Below are positions 1 to 8,512 of a stretch of DNA of 64,000 nt, one piece after another. This DNA comes from Patescibacteria group bacterium (GTDB lineage: Bacteria > Patescibacteriota > Patescibacteriia > UBA9570 > JAHJKD01): NCBI GenBank assembly GCA_018822435.1, contig JAHJKD010000050.1, positions 1,531 through 65,530 of the forward strand, written 5' to 3'. The position numbers and the translations under genes are program-made. The first letter of the stretch is position 1, and each line of letters opens with the position of its first letter. Below the pieces are notes generated by a model. The model was not told the origin of the DNA. It searched no databases and saw only the letters and a list, made by a program, of their open reading frames with translations.

Positions 1-681
1 ACCGGTCATGTCAATCACGACGGCATCTTCTTTAATCATGTTTTCTTTAACAGAATTCTGTTCATTCATTGTTGTGACCAAAATATCGGCTTGCCTGGTC
101 ACTTTAGGGTCCAACTTATATAACACTGTAACTCGACCGCCCATGCTAATAAATAACTGGCCTAAAGGACGGCTTAAAAACGGATTGTCGCCTAAAATTA
201 CCACTTCTTTATTTTTTACAGACACGCCCGTCATCTCCATCAGCCTTAAAGCCGCTTGTGAAGTTGAAGGAATAACGCGCGGCTCGCCCAAACTCATCCA
301 GCCTAAATTCTCCGGGTGAAAACCTTCCACGTCTTTCTCTGGATCAATAAAATCAATGATTCGATTTTGGTCCATGTCATCAGGCACAGGCAACTGTAAT
401 AAAATTCCATGCACACGCTTATCTTCATTTAATTTATCAATCAGCTTTAAAACTTCAGCTTGTTCGACATAGTCTTCAAGACCAAAAGTTTCCACTTTAA
501 TTCCAATTTCCTGAGCCTTATGAAAAAACTTCTGATAACCTTCTGATTCCAAATCCAAACCAACCATAATTACGGCCAAAAGCGGCTTAACCCGAAATTT
601 ATCAATTTTTTCCTTAAGCTCAGCAAAAAGCTCTTCGGCCAGGCCTTCACCTGTTAATATTTTAGTAACGTTCTCAGGCAT
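1..681 (-). CDS. folD: Bifunctional methylene-THF dehydrogenase/cyclohydrolase FolD (3' end beyond window start)
   Basis: Uninterrupted minus-strand frame from ATG at 681..679 to the window edge. It is absent from the ORF track because it is truncated. Translation MPENVTKILTGEG...KPLLAVIMVG...GILLQLPVPDD...DPEKDVEGFHPENLG...AVVIDMTG matches FolD blocks. It overlaps the glyA stop by 8 nt. Confidence 0.8.
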   Translation of the reverse strand, partial: MPENVTKILTGEGLAEELFAELKEKIDKFRVKPLLAVIMVGLDLESEGYQKFFHKAQEIGIKVETFGLEDYVEQAEVLKLIDKLNEDKRVHGILLQLPVPDDMDQNRIIDFIDPEKDVEGFHPENLGWMSLGEPRVIPSTSQAALRLMEMTGVSVKNKEVVILGDNPFLSRPLGQLFISMGGRVTVLYKLDPKVTRQADILVTTMNEQNSVKENMIKEDAVVIDMTG

Positions 682-1972
682 AGGTTATATCAGGATATAA
701 TTTAAATTCTTCTGTTAATTCTGATACTGTCTTCCTAGTATTTTCCTGGGCGTCAGTATTATCCAGATCTTTTAAGACAGCGGCAATGGCAACACCCACT
801 TTTTTCATTTCGCCTTCTTTCATTCCTCTTGAAGTCAGGGCTGGAGTGCCTAGTCTGATACCAGATGGATTAAACGGCGTACGCGTATCAAATGGGATCA
901 TGTTGAAGTTAGTGTAAATTCCCAGGTCTGCTAATTTATTAGCGCCTTCCTTGCCCGTGATATTCAGATCAGTACAATCGATCAACATCAAATGCGTGTC
1001 CGTGCCGCCAGAAACCAATCTCAAACCTTGATTCATAAGCTCATCTGCCAGGGCCTTGGCATTTTTCACGATCTGCCTCTGATATTCTTTATATTCGTCT
1101 GTCATGGCTTCCTTAAAGGCCACGGCTTTAGCGGCAATGACATGTTCTAATGGTCCGCCTTGCATGCCTGGGAATACAGAAAAGTCGATCATGCCCGCTA
1201 AATCTTTTTTAGAATCCGGATGATAAAGATCGTGATATCTGTCTTCTTTTTTGCACATTATAATTGCCGATCTCGGTCCGCGCAGAGTTTTAGTAGTCGT
1301 TGTCATGACGACATCATGGCTGGCCACCGGATTTTCATGGGCGCCCGCAATACATAAACCGGAAATATGAGAAATATCGGCAAAAGCATAAGCATCGATT
1401 TCTTTGGCAATGGCCGCAAACTTTTCAAATTCTACTTTTCGAGGATACGCTGTGGTTCCACAAAGCACGATCTTTGGCCGCTCCTTTAAAGCCAACTGCC
1501 TTACTTCTTCCATGTCCACTTTTTCATCCTTTTTAGAAACACCGTATGGGATGAATTCATATCTTTTTCCGGAAAAATTTACTGGTGAACCATGAGTAAG
1601 ATGACCGCCATGAGCCAGATTCATCCCTAATACCTTGTCTCCTGTATTAATTAAAGCGCCATAAACTTCCATGTTGGCAGAAGAACCAGAATGAGGCTGG
1701 ACATTAGCATGTTCGGCTCCAAAAAGCTCTTTCGCTCTTTCTATGGCCAAATTTTCAATCATATCTATATATTTTGCACCAGTATAGTATCTCTTGCCCG
1801 GATAACCTTCCGCGTATTTATTGGTACAAACCGTTCCCGTGGCTTCCATTACTGCCGGAGAAGCAAAATTTTCCGAAGGAATCATAACTAATCCTTCTCT
1901 TTGCCGGTTTAATTCTTTGTCTAACAGCTCCGCTATTTCTGGATCTTGCTTGCGAATGTTTTCAATGCTCAT
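674..1972 (-). CDS. glyA: Serine hydroxymethyltransferase
   Basis: 432-aa ORF. PLP-site motif HLTHGSPVNFSGK plus SHMT-wide similarity. Confidence 0.95.
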   Translation of the reverse strand: MSIENIRKQDPEIAELLDKELNRQREGLVMIPSENFASPAVMEATGTVCTNKYAEGYPGKRYYTGAKYIDMIENLAIERAKELFGAEHANVQPHSGSSANMEVYGALINTGDKVLGMNLAHGGHLTHGSPVNFSGKRYEFIPYGVSKKDEKVDMEEVRQLALKERPKIVLCGTTAYPRKVEFEKFAAIAKEIDAYAFADISHISGLCIAGAHENPVASHDVVMTTTTKTLRGPRSAIIMCKKEDRYHDLYHPDSKKDLAGMIDFSVFPGMQGGPLEHVIAAKAVAFKEAMTDEYKEYQRQIVKNAKALADELMNQGLRLVSGGTDTHLMLIDCTDLNITGKEGANKLADLGIYTNFNMIPFDTRTPFNPSGIRLGTPALTSRGMKEGEMKKVGVAIAAVLKDLDNTDAQENTRKTVSELTEEFKLYPDITYA

Positions 1973-2053
1973 TTATTTATGATAATTAATATTATTAGAT
2001 TTATATTTTACCATTCCGCTGATAATTTCTCAAGATATTATCAATGGGATGGG

Positions 2054-2086
2054 GGAGTTCGGAAAAGGAGGGGGAAACCGAACTCC
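2054..2086 (-). terminator. Hairpin terminator of the GC-rich aminotransferase gene
   Basis: Perfect 9-bp stem ggagttcgg/ccgaactcc with a 15-nt loop, immediately 3' of the minus-strand ORF that ends at 2117. Confidence 0.45.
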
Positions 2087-2116
2087 GGGTGGGAAAAGGA
2101 AGGAAGGCGCCGCACA

Positions 2117-3265
2117 TCAGATCTCCGACGGATCCGGGACATCCGTATGCCACTCCGCGGGAATCTCGAATCCAGGCAGGAGCCGTTCGACCGTAGGCAT
2201 GTCCCGCCGGACCATGGCCCAGTAGGACTCGGCTGCTTTCGCCAGGAGGGGATGGGGCTCGCCGCGCCGTGCGAACGGGGCATCGATGGGCTTGGGATTG
2301 AGGCTGCGTTCCAGCCATTCGAGGTAGGCGTCGCCCTCGCCGTCATGGAAGACTCCCAGAGGCGGGTTCTCGTTGGTGGCTCGCATCACGGCCTGTACGG
2401 GCACGAAGCCGGACCAGGATCCAGAGACCGAAAATCCCTCGGCCTCGACCAGTTCGTGGCGGCTGACAGGCTTCTCTGCCACCGTGACACCCATGTGCTC
2501 GAAGATCTTGATCATGGTGGCCCGCGTCAGCCCGGGCAGGCACCACGAGTGCAGGTCAGGCGTGACCACGGTGTTCTCGTCCTGGAAGACGAAGAACAGG
2601 TTGGATCCGGTCGTCTCAGCCAGATCGTCTCCTTCGTGCGTCATGCCCAGGACTTCGTTGCAGCCGTACCACTTGGCCACCACGCCCTTGAACTTGGCGC
2701 CCAGGGGGTAGTTGGCCGCCGACTTGATGTGCGGGTAGCCGTTGTAGGGGCTGGCCCGCCGGAACAAACGTCCCGGGAAAAGCAAGTTGATGCCGAATTC
2801 GCCCTCAGGCAGTTTGAGGTACTCAGTCAGATCACGCGTGATGATCTGCCAGTCGGCCGTGCCCGTGGCGTGCACCCCGAGCTCTTCGCCCCAGGCCCCG
2901 CCGAAGATGCGGAGGTACACGTCCTGGGCCTGAGTCAGCTCAGCTGCGTTCAAAGAGGCAATCTTGACCATGGCCGTCAGAACTTGCTCGGCCGTAGGAA
3001 TCGTCTCCCGCGGCAAGCCCAGGGCCATCATATTCCGAACCAGTCGCCGAGCGTGGTCCGGACCGCGGAAGATGCGCCGCTTGCCGTCCGCGCACATCCA
3101 GGCTCCGGCCCCGCCGAAGATGCGTGTGCCGTAGTGGCCGTCGTGCCGGTACGGGCTGTGCCCGATCCCGCCGGTCTCGCGAATCTCGCCCTGGACGATC
3201 ATGTGGGTGTGATGGTAGGAACCATCCGCACCCTCGAAACTGTAAACCAAAGGCTTGACGCCCAT
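2117..3265 (-). CDS. Class IV aminotransferase, branched-chain amino acid aminotransferase-like; GC-rich foreign-looking gene
   Basis: 382-aa ORF with blocks shared with actinobacterial IlvE (NLFFVF, VTPDLHSWCLPGLTR, KFKGVVAKW). Strongly GC-rich with G/C-ending codons. RBS ggaagga upstream. The overlapping plus-strand 447-aa ORF is an antisense artefact. Confidence 0.65.
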   Translation of the reverse strand: MGVKPLVYSFEGADGSYHHTHMIVQGEIRETGGIGHSPYRHDGHYGTRIFGGAGAWMCADGKRRIFRGPDHARRLVRNMMALGLPRETIPTAEQVLTAMVKIASLNAAELTQAQDVYLRIFGGAWGEELGVHATGTADWQIITRDLTEYLKLPEGEFGINLLFPGRLFRRASPYNGYPHIKSAANYPLGAKFKGVVAKWYGCNEVLGMTHEGDDLAETTGSNLFFVFQDENTVVTPDLHSWCLPGLTRATMIKIFEHMGVTVAEKPVSRHELVEAEGFSVSGSWSGFVPVQAVMRATNENPPLGVFHDGEGDAYLEWLERSLNPKPIDAPFARRGEPHPLLAKAAESYWAMVRRDMPTVERLLPGFEIPAEWHTDVPDPSEI

Positions 3266-3474
3266 TTTCTTTTCCTTCCGTTAATGTGAGTTGTCAATTA
3301 ACTTTCTTATAATAAAACAGACCCCTCCTTTTTAGAACTCCTTTTTGGTCTGTATTAGCTTGTTTAAATTACTGGAAATACTAAAAAAAATCAAGCTTAA
3401 GTGATTTGACATAAGCCAGGTAAAATAATAAGCTTTGGCCACCTTGACAACCTACCAAAAGGAGGGGGAAACCC

Positions 3475-4332
3475 ATGAAACTCACGACCGCACTGGTCAT
3501 CGCGTCCGCCATCACCTTCACTCCGTTTTGCTTCGCACAGATGGATGAAGGGCCCGAACCCGGGGCTGTCCGGTCACCGGGCGAGCCTGTCGACATGTGC
3601 CGCAGCCTTTATGGCTGGGTGCCCTGTTCCGAGGATATGGAGATCACTCATGTCTGTTTCGACCGGTCTTCCAGCTTCAACTGCCTTGACTGCACCATCA
3701 CCATGGCCCTGCTCGGCGTTCTCGATTCCGACCCGCAGAGCATGATCAACACGACCGCCGGCTGCCTCATGAACAACTTCACCCCGGAAGCCTGGGCCGA
3801 ACTCGAACACTGGGAGAAAGACTACACCAGCTCCCTGGGCCCGGCCTTGGCTGGCAAGGACATCGCCGACCTGCTCCAGAACAGTGTTTACATGGCCCGG
3901 TTTGCTTCCTACAATCTCATCTGCAAAGACAAGACCGAGGTGATCCCAGAATCCTTGACCGAGTACGTCACTTTCTGGCGAGAATCCTCCTGGGATGATC
4001 GCGCCCCCTTGCCGGTCATGATCGCCGAAGCTGCTTTTGAAGAGCATCTTGAAGCTCAAGCCTACCTCTTCTCCTTCAACTGCCTCGCCTTTTACCCGCG
4101 CACGCGTGGCAGCCCGCCCATCTACTTCACCCCGGAAGAAGACAGCGAAGCCGAACTTGGAGCCGCCTTGGTTGCTTTCCTTGCCCATCAAAAAATCACG
4201 GCCATCGCCGTGATCAAGGACTCGCCGGAGCAAGCTGCTCTAGAAGCCAAGGACTGGAAGGTCTGTCCTTCTGCCGCCACTGACAACTTCAACGTCGTCA
4301 TCCCCCCACCGATCGTCTACCACTTCCTCTGA
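3475..4332 (+). CDS. Secreted Cys-rich hypothetical protein (GC-rich island gene)
   Basis: 285-aa ORF. N-terminal signal peptide MKLTTALVIASAITFTPFCFA, many Cys. Strong SD aaaaggaggggga 5 nt before the ATG. GC-rich. Confidence 0.55.
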   Translation: MKLTTALVIASAITFTPFCFAQMDEGPEPGAVRSPGEPVDMCRSLYGWVPCSEDMEITHVCFDRSSSFNCLDCTITMALLGVLDSDPQSMINTTAGCLMNNFTPEAWAELEHWEKDYTSSLGPALAGKDIADLLQNSVYMARFASYNLICKDKTEVIPESLTEYVTFWRESSWDDRAPLPVMIAEAAFEEHLEAQAYLFSFNCLAFYPRTRGSPPIYFTPEEDSEAELGAALVAFLAHQKITAIAVIKDSPEQAALEAKDWKVCPSAATDNFNVVIPPPIVYHFL

Positions 4333-4353
4333 TGCCGTCAAGGCACCTCATCG

Positions 4354-4386
4354 CCTCGGCAGTCTGCTACCCGCATTCTGCCGAGG
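4354..4386 (+). terminator. Hairpin terminator of the secreted-protein gene
   Basis: Perfect 9-bp stem cctcggcag/ctgccgagg with a 15-nt loop. Same architecture as the hairpin at 2054-2086. Confidence 0.45.
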
Positions 4387-4398
4387 CCGCCCACTTCT

Positions 4399-4433
4399 TG
4401 ACTTTTAAACAAAAATATGATAAAATTATTATA
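4399..4433 (+). promoter_or_regulatory. Sigma70-like promoter (TTGACT-17-TAAAAT) upstream of ORF 4458
   Basis: ttgactt ttaaacaaaaatatga taaaat, read directly. Confidence 0.4.
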
Positions 4434-4457
4434 ATAAAAAATCATTAATATAATTTT

Positions 4458-4661
4458 ATGCCTTCAAGAGAACCAAGTTTTGATTCACAACCAAAAACAA
4501 CAATCGAACAAAAACTCGAACAAAGAACTGACATTCTTGATGATCAAGCATTAACAGAAAAATACAAAGGTGGAATCCAAGTAGATTCATATCCAGTAAA
4601 ATCATCAGCTGACGGCCAATGCATGGCCCAGGAAACCAATCTCCGACTCCCAACTGAATAA
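4458..4661 (+). CDS. Small hypothetical protein; possibly the 5' part of a frameshifted gene
   Basis: 67-aa ORF downstream of a good promoter. A +1-frame continuation (4663..5030) is open. Confidence 0.3.
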   Translation: MPSREPSFDSQPKTTIEQKLEQRTDILDDQALTEKYKGGIQVDSYPVKSSADGQCMAQETNLRLPTE

Positions 4662-4662
4662 A

Positions 4663-5030
4663 CTCGAAGCACTTCAAGCAGAGACACTGTCACGCTACCA
4701 TTAGAAAGTAAAAATTTTTATAAAAATGAAGCAGACCCTAATGCCTCAGATCAATTAGCGTATCACTTTAAGGATAAATACGCTGATGTAAATGGAAAGG
4801 TCGTCCGCGTTGCCCGGCTTATAGGAACTGATAAAGGAGAAAAGTTCTTAATGACATTAGACTATGACATGGAAGGCAATGAAACAACAAAAACAATCAT
4901 GGATGCAAACGGAAATATTCTTAGTACAATGGATCGCCGACAAATAGAAAAACCCGGTAAAAATCTGCCGAACATGGAATTAAAATTTGATATTAAAGAC
5001 GGCGAAGAACAGGTTACCCTAAACTGGTAA
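4663..5030 (+). pseudogene. Open +1-frame continuation (TRSTSS...VTLNW) lacking its own ATG/SD; candidate frameshifted gene with 4458..4661
   Basis: 122 codons without a stop, beginning 1 nt after the TAA of the upstream ORF. No start codon with RBS. Confidence 0.25.
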
Positions 5031-5603
5031 TTTTTTATAAGTCATCTTTTTAAGATCTTGCCACCAATCCGTGCTATTGGTGGTTTTTATTTTCTCAATC
5101 ATTTCTTTGGCAGAATCAGTCTCCACGGCTTCAGCTATTTTCACCACCCAGTCATTCATAGATTCATAGCCTTGCTCGGCAAATTCTTTCGCGGTCATGG
5201 CCATTTCCACCCAGTCGGCGTCCTTAGCAACTACTCCCTCTTTTTTGTCCCTGGAATTAAATTCTTTAAAATATTCCAATAATTTTTTCTCAATCTCTTT
5301 AGGCAAATTTTGTACTTGTTCTTCATAAGCTTTCTGCTCTGGTTCAGAATGATCCCAATATCTCGCCCCGACTTTATGCTGGTCGCCCACCCGGCACTCG
5401 CCAATATCATGAAATAAAACCATGCAAGCCGTTTTCTCCTCATCCGCCCCTTCCAGGCCGGCCATGACATAAGCGATGATCGCCGCCCGGCAGGTATGGT
5501 CGGCCAGTGAGTCAGGATCTTTCACGCCCGCCAAAATCGAGCCAGTATGCCTCTGCCTTTTCAATACGCCCATCTCATAAAAAAAATTAACGATTTTTTC
5601 CAT
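5019..5603 (-). CDS. HD-domain phosphohydrolase
   Basis: 194 aa. HD motif ...LFHDIGECRVGD... and conserved His/Asp pattern. 17-nt overlap with the upstream gene (operon). Confidence 0.75.
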   Translation of the reverse strand: MEKIVNFFYEMGVLKRQRHTGSILAGVKDPDSLADHTCRAAIIAYVMAGLEGADEEKTACMVLFHDIGECRVGDQHKVGARYWDHSEPEQKAYEEQVQNLPKEIEKKLLEYFKEFNSRDKKEGVVAKDADWVEMAMTAKEFAEQGYESMNDWVVKIAEAVETDSAKEMIEKIKTTNSTDWWQDLKKMTYKKLPV

Positions 5604-5973
5604 ATATCTCTCTTGGTTTATCTTGTTCTAAAAAATCTCCTAAATCTCGCTGCAAAACGTCAAAACTAAGAGTGTCTCGAAACATGAATTCTCCATTTTC
5701 TTTTTTTGCTTCCCATACCATTACCGCAAAATTCTTTAAATCTTCTTGCAATCCCTTGATAATTTTCTTGGAAGGATTCGGACCACAAGTCGAACGATCC
5801 AAAGCAAAACCATGATCAATCTGACCTCCGACATCCCATATTTCTCGACTTCCCTCGTAAGGTTCATCAGCATCAATATATTCATATAAAAAACGAAAGG
5901 CATCATTTAAGGCCTTCAAGTCATCTAAGTGGCTTATGAGGCTTAAAAATGTTGTAAACTCTTTTTCAGTCAT
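5587..5973 (-). CDS. Hypothetical protein (in elp3 operon)
   Basis: 128-aa ORF. ATGA start/stop overlap with elp3. No recognisable motif. Confidence 0.5.
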   Translation of the reverse strand: MTEKEFTTFLSLISHLDDLKALNDAFRFLYEYIDADEPYEGSREIWDVGGQIDHGFALDRSTCGPNPSKKIIKGLQEDLKNFAVMVWEAKKENGEFMFRDTLSFDVLQRDLGDFLEQDKPREIYGKNR

Positions 5974-7508
5974 ATATTTTTTACCATATAATTATCCTCT
6001 AAATTATAACCCAATTTTCGATAATAGTCCCTTACACCTACTCCGGAGATAACCCAAAGATTGTCATGGCCAGCTTTCTTAGTCAGAGCTTCTGCTTCAG
6101 CCAATAATTTCTTGCCGAAACCAAAATGCTGGACTGCCTTTTCGCCTTTTGCCAGCTCCAGCATCTGCCCATAAGTATGAAGCTCACGAATAAAAGCTTT
6201 TTCTCCCAATCTCAATCGACAAAAAGCAAATAAATATTTTTCATCAGAAGATTCATAAGTTAAAAATATTTCTTTACCGCCTGAAGCCACATAGCCTCTT
6301 TTTACTAACTTGGCCTCACTCAAATCTACTTTAGCCTCACGCGGCTCTCTACATCTGATGCATTTGCACTCAACTCCCCCATCTTGAAGTAATTGCCTCA
6401 AATTAGACACAGTGCTTCCCGCCACGATCGACTCCTGGGGAATATCGCGAATTAATCTCGCAATCCTGACATACTCAGGCATCTCTTTCTTTACCTTTTT
6501 AAGCAATCCTACCAATTCTTCAGTAGTATATGGCTTATACTTTCCCTCTTTATACCATTTATATAATTCCGATCCTTTCGTGACTACGCACGGATAAATT
6601 TTAATCTGGTCTGGCTTAAAATCCGGATTTGTAAATAACTCCCGGAACATCTTATGGTCCTTATCCAAATCAGAGCCCGGCAGATTCGGCATCATATGAT
6701 AAGTTATTTTAAATCCGGCATCTTTTAATAATTTAGTCGCTTGAATAGTTTGCTCTACTCTATGCCCTCTCTGGTTTAGGTCTAAAATATCATCATAGAC
6801 AGTTTGCACGCCCAGCTCGACCCGAGTCGCCCCAAAATCTAACATACGCTGCACTTCTTTTTCATCTACATAATCCGGCCTGGTCTCCAGAGTTAGCCCC
6901 ACCACTCTATGTTCTGCTGTCTCATTTAGTTTCTTAGCCTCTTCCAAATCTTTAGATTCTTTTTTATTATAACCATCATAACAACGCTTAATAAAATCCT
7001 CCTGATATTCCGGCGGCAAGCAAGACCATGTTCCGCCCATCACAATCAACTCACACTTATCTGTCGGATGACCATTGTCATACAAAGCCCGCAGTCTCAT
7101 TTCCACTTGCTTATAGGGATCAAACTCACATAAAACTGCCCGCATCACCGCTGGCTCATTAGAAAGATAAGATTTAGGCATGTCTTTTTCCGTAGGGCAA
7201 TAAACACATTTTCCCGGGCAAGGATGTTCGCGAGTTAAAACAGAAATCACTGCCACACCCGATAAAGTTCGGACATCTCTTTTTCGAAGCATTCTAAAAA
7301 GCTGTTCGTCTTCTTTTATCTCCCCTTTTTTTACTAGAGATCTATATGCCTTAAGAATTTCCGCATTTGTCGCCATGCCTGTGCCATCTTTCTTGGCAAT
7401 CTCTCCTTTTATACGTCGAAGCTGGATCACGTTCTTGGGCTTTTCTTTTATGGCTAATTTTACCAATTCTTCTAGGGCTTTTTTCATAGGGTTATTATAT
7501 ATGAACAT
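5970..7508 (-). CDS. elp3: Elongator Elp3-like radical-SAM/GNAT tRNA-modification enzyme
   Basis: 512 aa. Radical-SAM Cys cluster HPCPGKCVYCP after LSGVAVISVLT, as in archaeal Elp3. C-terminal GNAT block FGFGKKLLAEAE...VISGVGVRDYYRKLGY. Confidence 0.85.
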   Translation of the reverse strand: MFIYNNPMKKALEELVKLAIKEKPKNVIQLRRIKGEIAKKDGTGMATNAEILKAYRSLVKKGEIKEDEQLFRMLRKRDVRTLSGVAVISVLTREHPCPGKCVYCPTEKDMPKSYLSNEPAVMRAVLCEFDPYKQVEMRLRALYDNGHPTDKCELIVMGGTWSCLPPEYQEDFIKRCYDGYNKKESKDLEEAKKLNETAEHRVVGLTLETRPDYVDEKEVQRMLDFGATRVELGVQTVYDDILDLNQRGHRVEQTIQATKLLKDAGFKITYHMMPNLPGSDLDKDHKMFRELFTNPDFKPDQIKIYPCVVTKGSELYKWYKEGKYKPYTTEELVGLLKKVKKEMPEYVRIARLIRDIPQESIVAGSTVSNLRQLLQDGGVECKCIRCREPREAKVDLSEAKLVKRGYVASGGKEIFLTYESSDEKYLFAFCRLRLGEKAFIRELHTYGQMLELAKGEKAVQHFGFGKKLLAEAEALTKKAGHDNLWVISGVGVRDYYRKLGYNLEDNYMVKNI

Positions 7509-7517
7509 CGAATTTTA

Positions 7518-7535
7518 GACGAACTCGAATTAGTT
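7518..7535. repeat. Left arm of an 18-bp perfect inverted repeat flanking the GxxExxY gene
   Basis: gacgaactcgaattagtt. Exact reverse complement at 8356-8373. Confidence 0.8.
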
Positions 7536-8324
7536 CCTAATAAAATTCCAATTTAATCTTGTCCTATTGAAGTTTGCAATTAATCCTAGCTTAATATTAA
7601 AATATTTCAAGTTTTTCTTCATTTTTTCAATTTCAATTTCTGATATTTCTTTCACTGCTAAAACTCTAACTAATATTTTATTTTCAATAAAAAATAATTT
7701 TACATCGCTTTCCCCAAGGATTTCTCCCTTAAAAGACATGGATTTTTTCTTTTTATACAAAAAGGGAATGCCATTATTTCTTAATTCTATCCATAAGGCC
7801 CTTCTATATACATAATGAAAAAATCCTGGCCCTAAAATTGAATGAACTATTAATAAACAATCAAGAACATCTTTCGATAATCCTGGATAAAGCAAATCAG
7901 GTTTAATAGTTATTTCATTTTTTGGTTTAAAATTTTTATTTTTTAATTTTAAATTATTTATAACTCTCTCATACTGTGCCTTTTCTGATCCAAAATTCAT
8001 TAATATTCCTAAGGAGTAATCAGTAACTTTCAAATAAGAAATTAATTGGGCGATATTAATAGGATGAATTTCATCTCGCGCCTTCAATTCTAAAATTATT
8101 TTATCTTGCACAACAATATCAGGACGACAAAATCCTATTTTATGTCCTTTATAAAGCATGTCTAAAGGTTTCTCTAAAACAAAATTAATTTTCTTTTTGT
8201 TTAAACCAATCGCCATTGCTTTCTGATATATTTCCTCTTTATGTCCTGGGCCAATTTTATTATAAACATCATAATAGACACCTTGTACTAAATAAGATAA
8301 TTCCGGAAAAATAATTTCAGTCAT
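7530..8324 (-). CDS. Tandem two-domain GxxExxY protein (PD-(D/E)XK-like)
   Basis: 264 aa with two repeats of the GxxExxY-family pattern (LVQGVYYDVYNKIGPGHKEEIYQKAM...; ...GPGFFHYVYRRALWIELRN...). Confidence 0.6.
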   Translation of the reverse strand: MTEIIFPELSYLVQGVYYDVYNKIGPGHKEEIYQKAMAIGLNKKKINFVLEKPLDMLYKGHKIGFCRPDIVVQDKIILELKARDEIHPINIAQLISYLKVTDYSLGILMNFGSEKAQYERVINNLKLKNKNFKPKNEITIKPDLLYPGLSKDVLDCLLIVHSILGPGFFHYVYRRALWIELRNNGIPFLYKKKKSMSFKGEILGESDVKLFFIENKILVRVLAVKEISEIEIEKMKKNLKYFNIKLGLIANFNRTRLNWNFIRN

Positions 8325-8355
8325 AAAATATATGGATAATTAATAAATAATTAAA

Positions 8356-8373
8356 AACTAATTCGAGTTCGTC
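8356..8373. repeat. Right arm of the 18-bp perfect inverted repeat
   Basis: aactaattcgagttcgtc = reverse complement of 7518-7535. Confidence 0.8.
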
Positions 8374-8512
8374 CCAAATTCGGTGTTCATATTCCTCATA
8401 CCAATTCGCGCCCGCGTATGATTCGCGGTAGTCTTCGCGATTGCCAATAAAAAAACGCCCAATGTTTGCCATTTGGACGCCGTAGTTATATATTAAAGGA
8501 AAGAATAACATT

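Noticed and set aside
8-319. 103-aa plus-strand ORF at the window start.
   Set aside because: It lies antisense to the well-supported truncated folD frame on the minus strand.
1973-2053. ZTP (pfl) riboswitch upstream of glyA/folD.
   Set aside because: The roughly 80-nt spacer lacks the conserved GGGUCGUGAC / CCGGGCGGA pseudoknot elements.
1946-3289. 447-aa plus-strand ORF and several 60-110-aa ORFs across 2000-4300.
   Set aside because: They lie antisense to the GC-rich aminotransferase. Long stop-free antisense frames are expected in GC-rich DNA. The minus-strand protein has clear class IV aminotransferase similarity.
8317-8511. 64-aa minus-strand ORF in the spacer upstream of the methyltransferase.
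   Set aside because: No RBS or motif. It overlaps the 18-bp IR and a promoter region. Kept only as a possibility.
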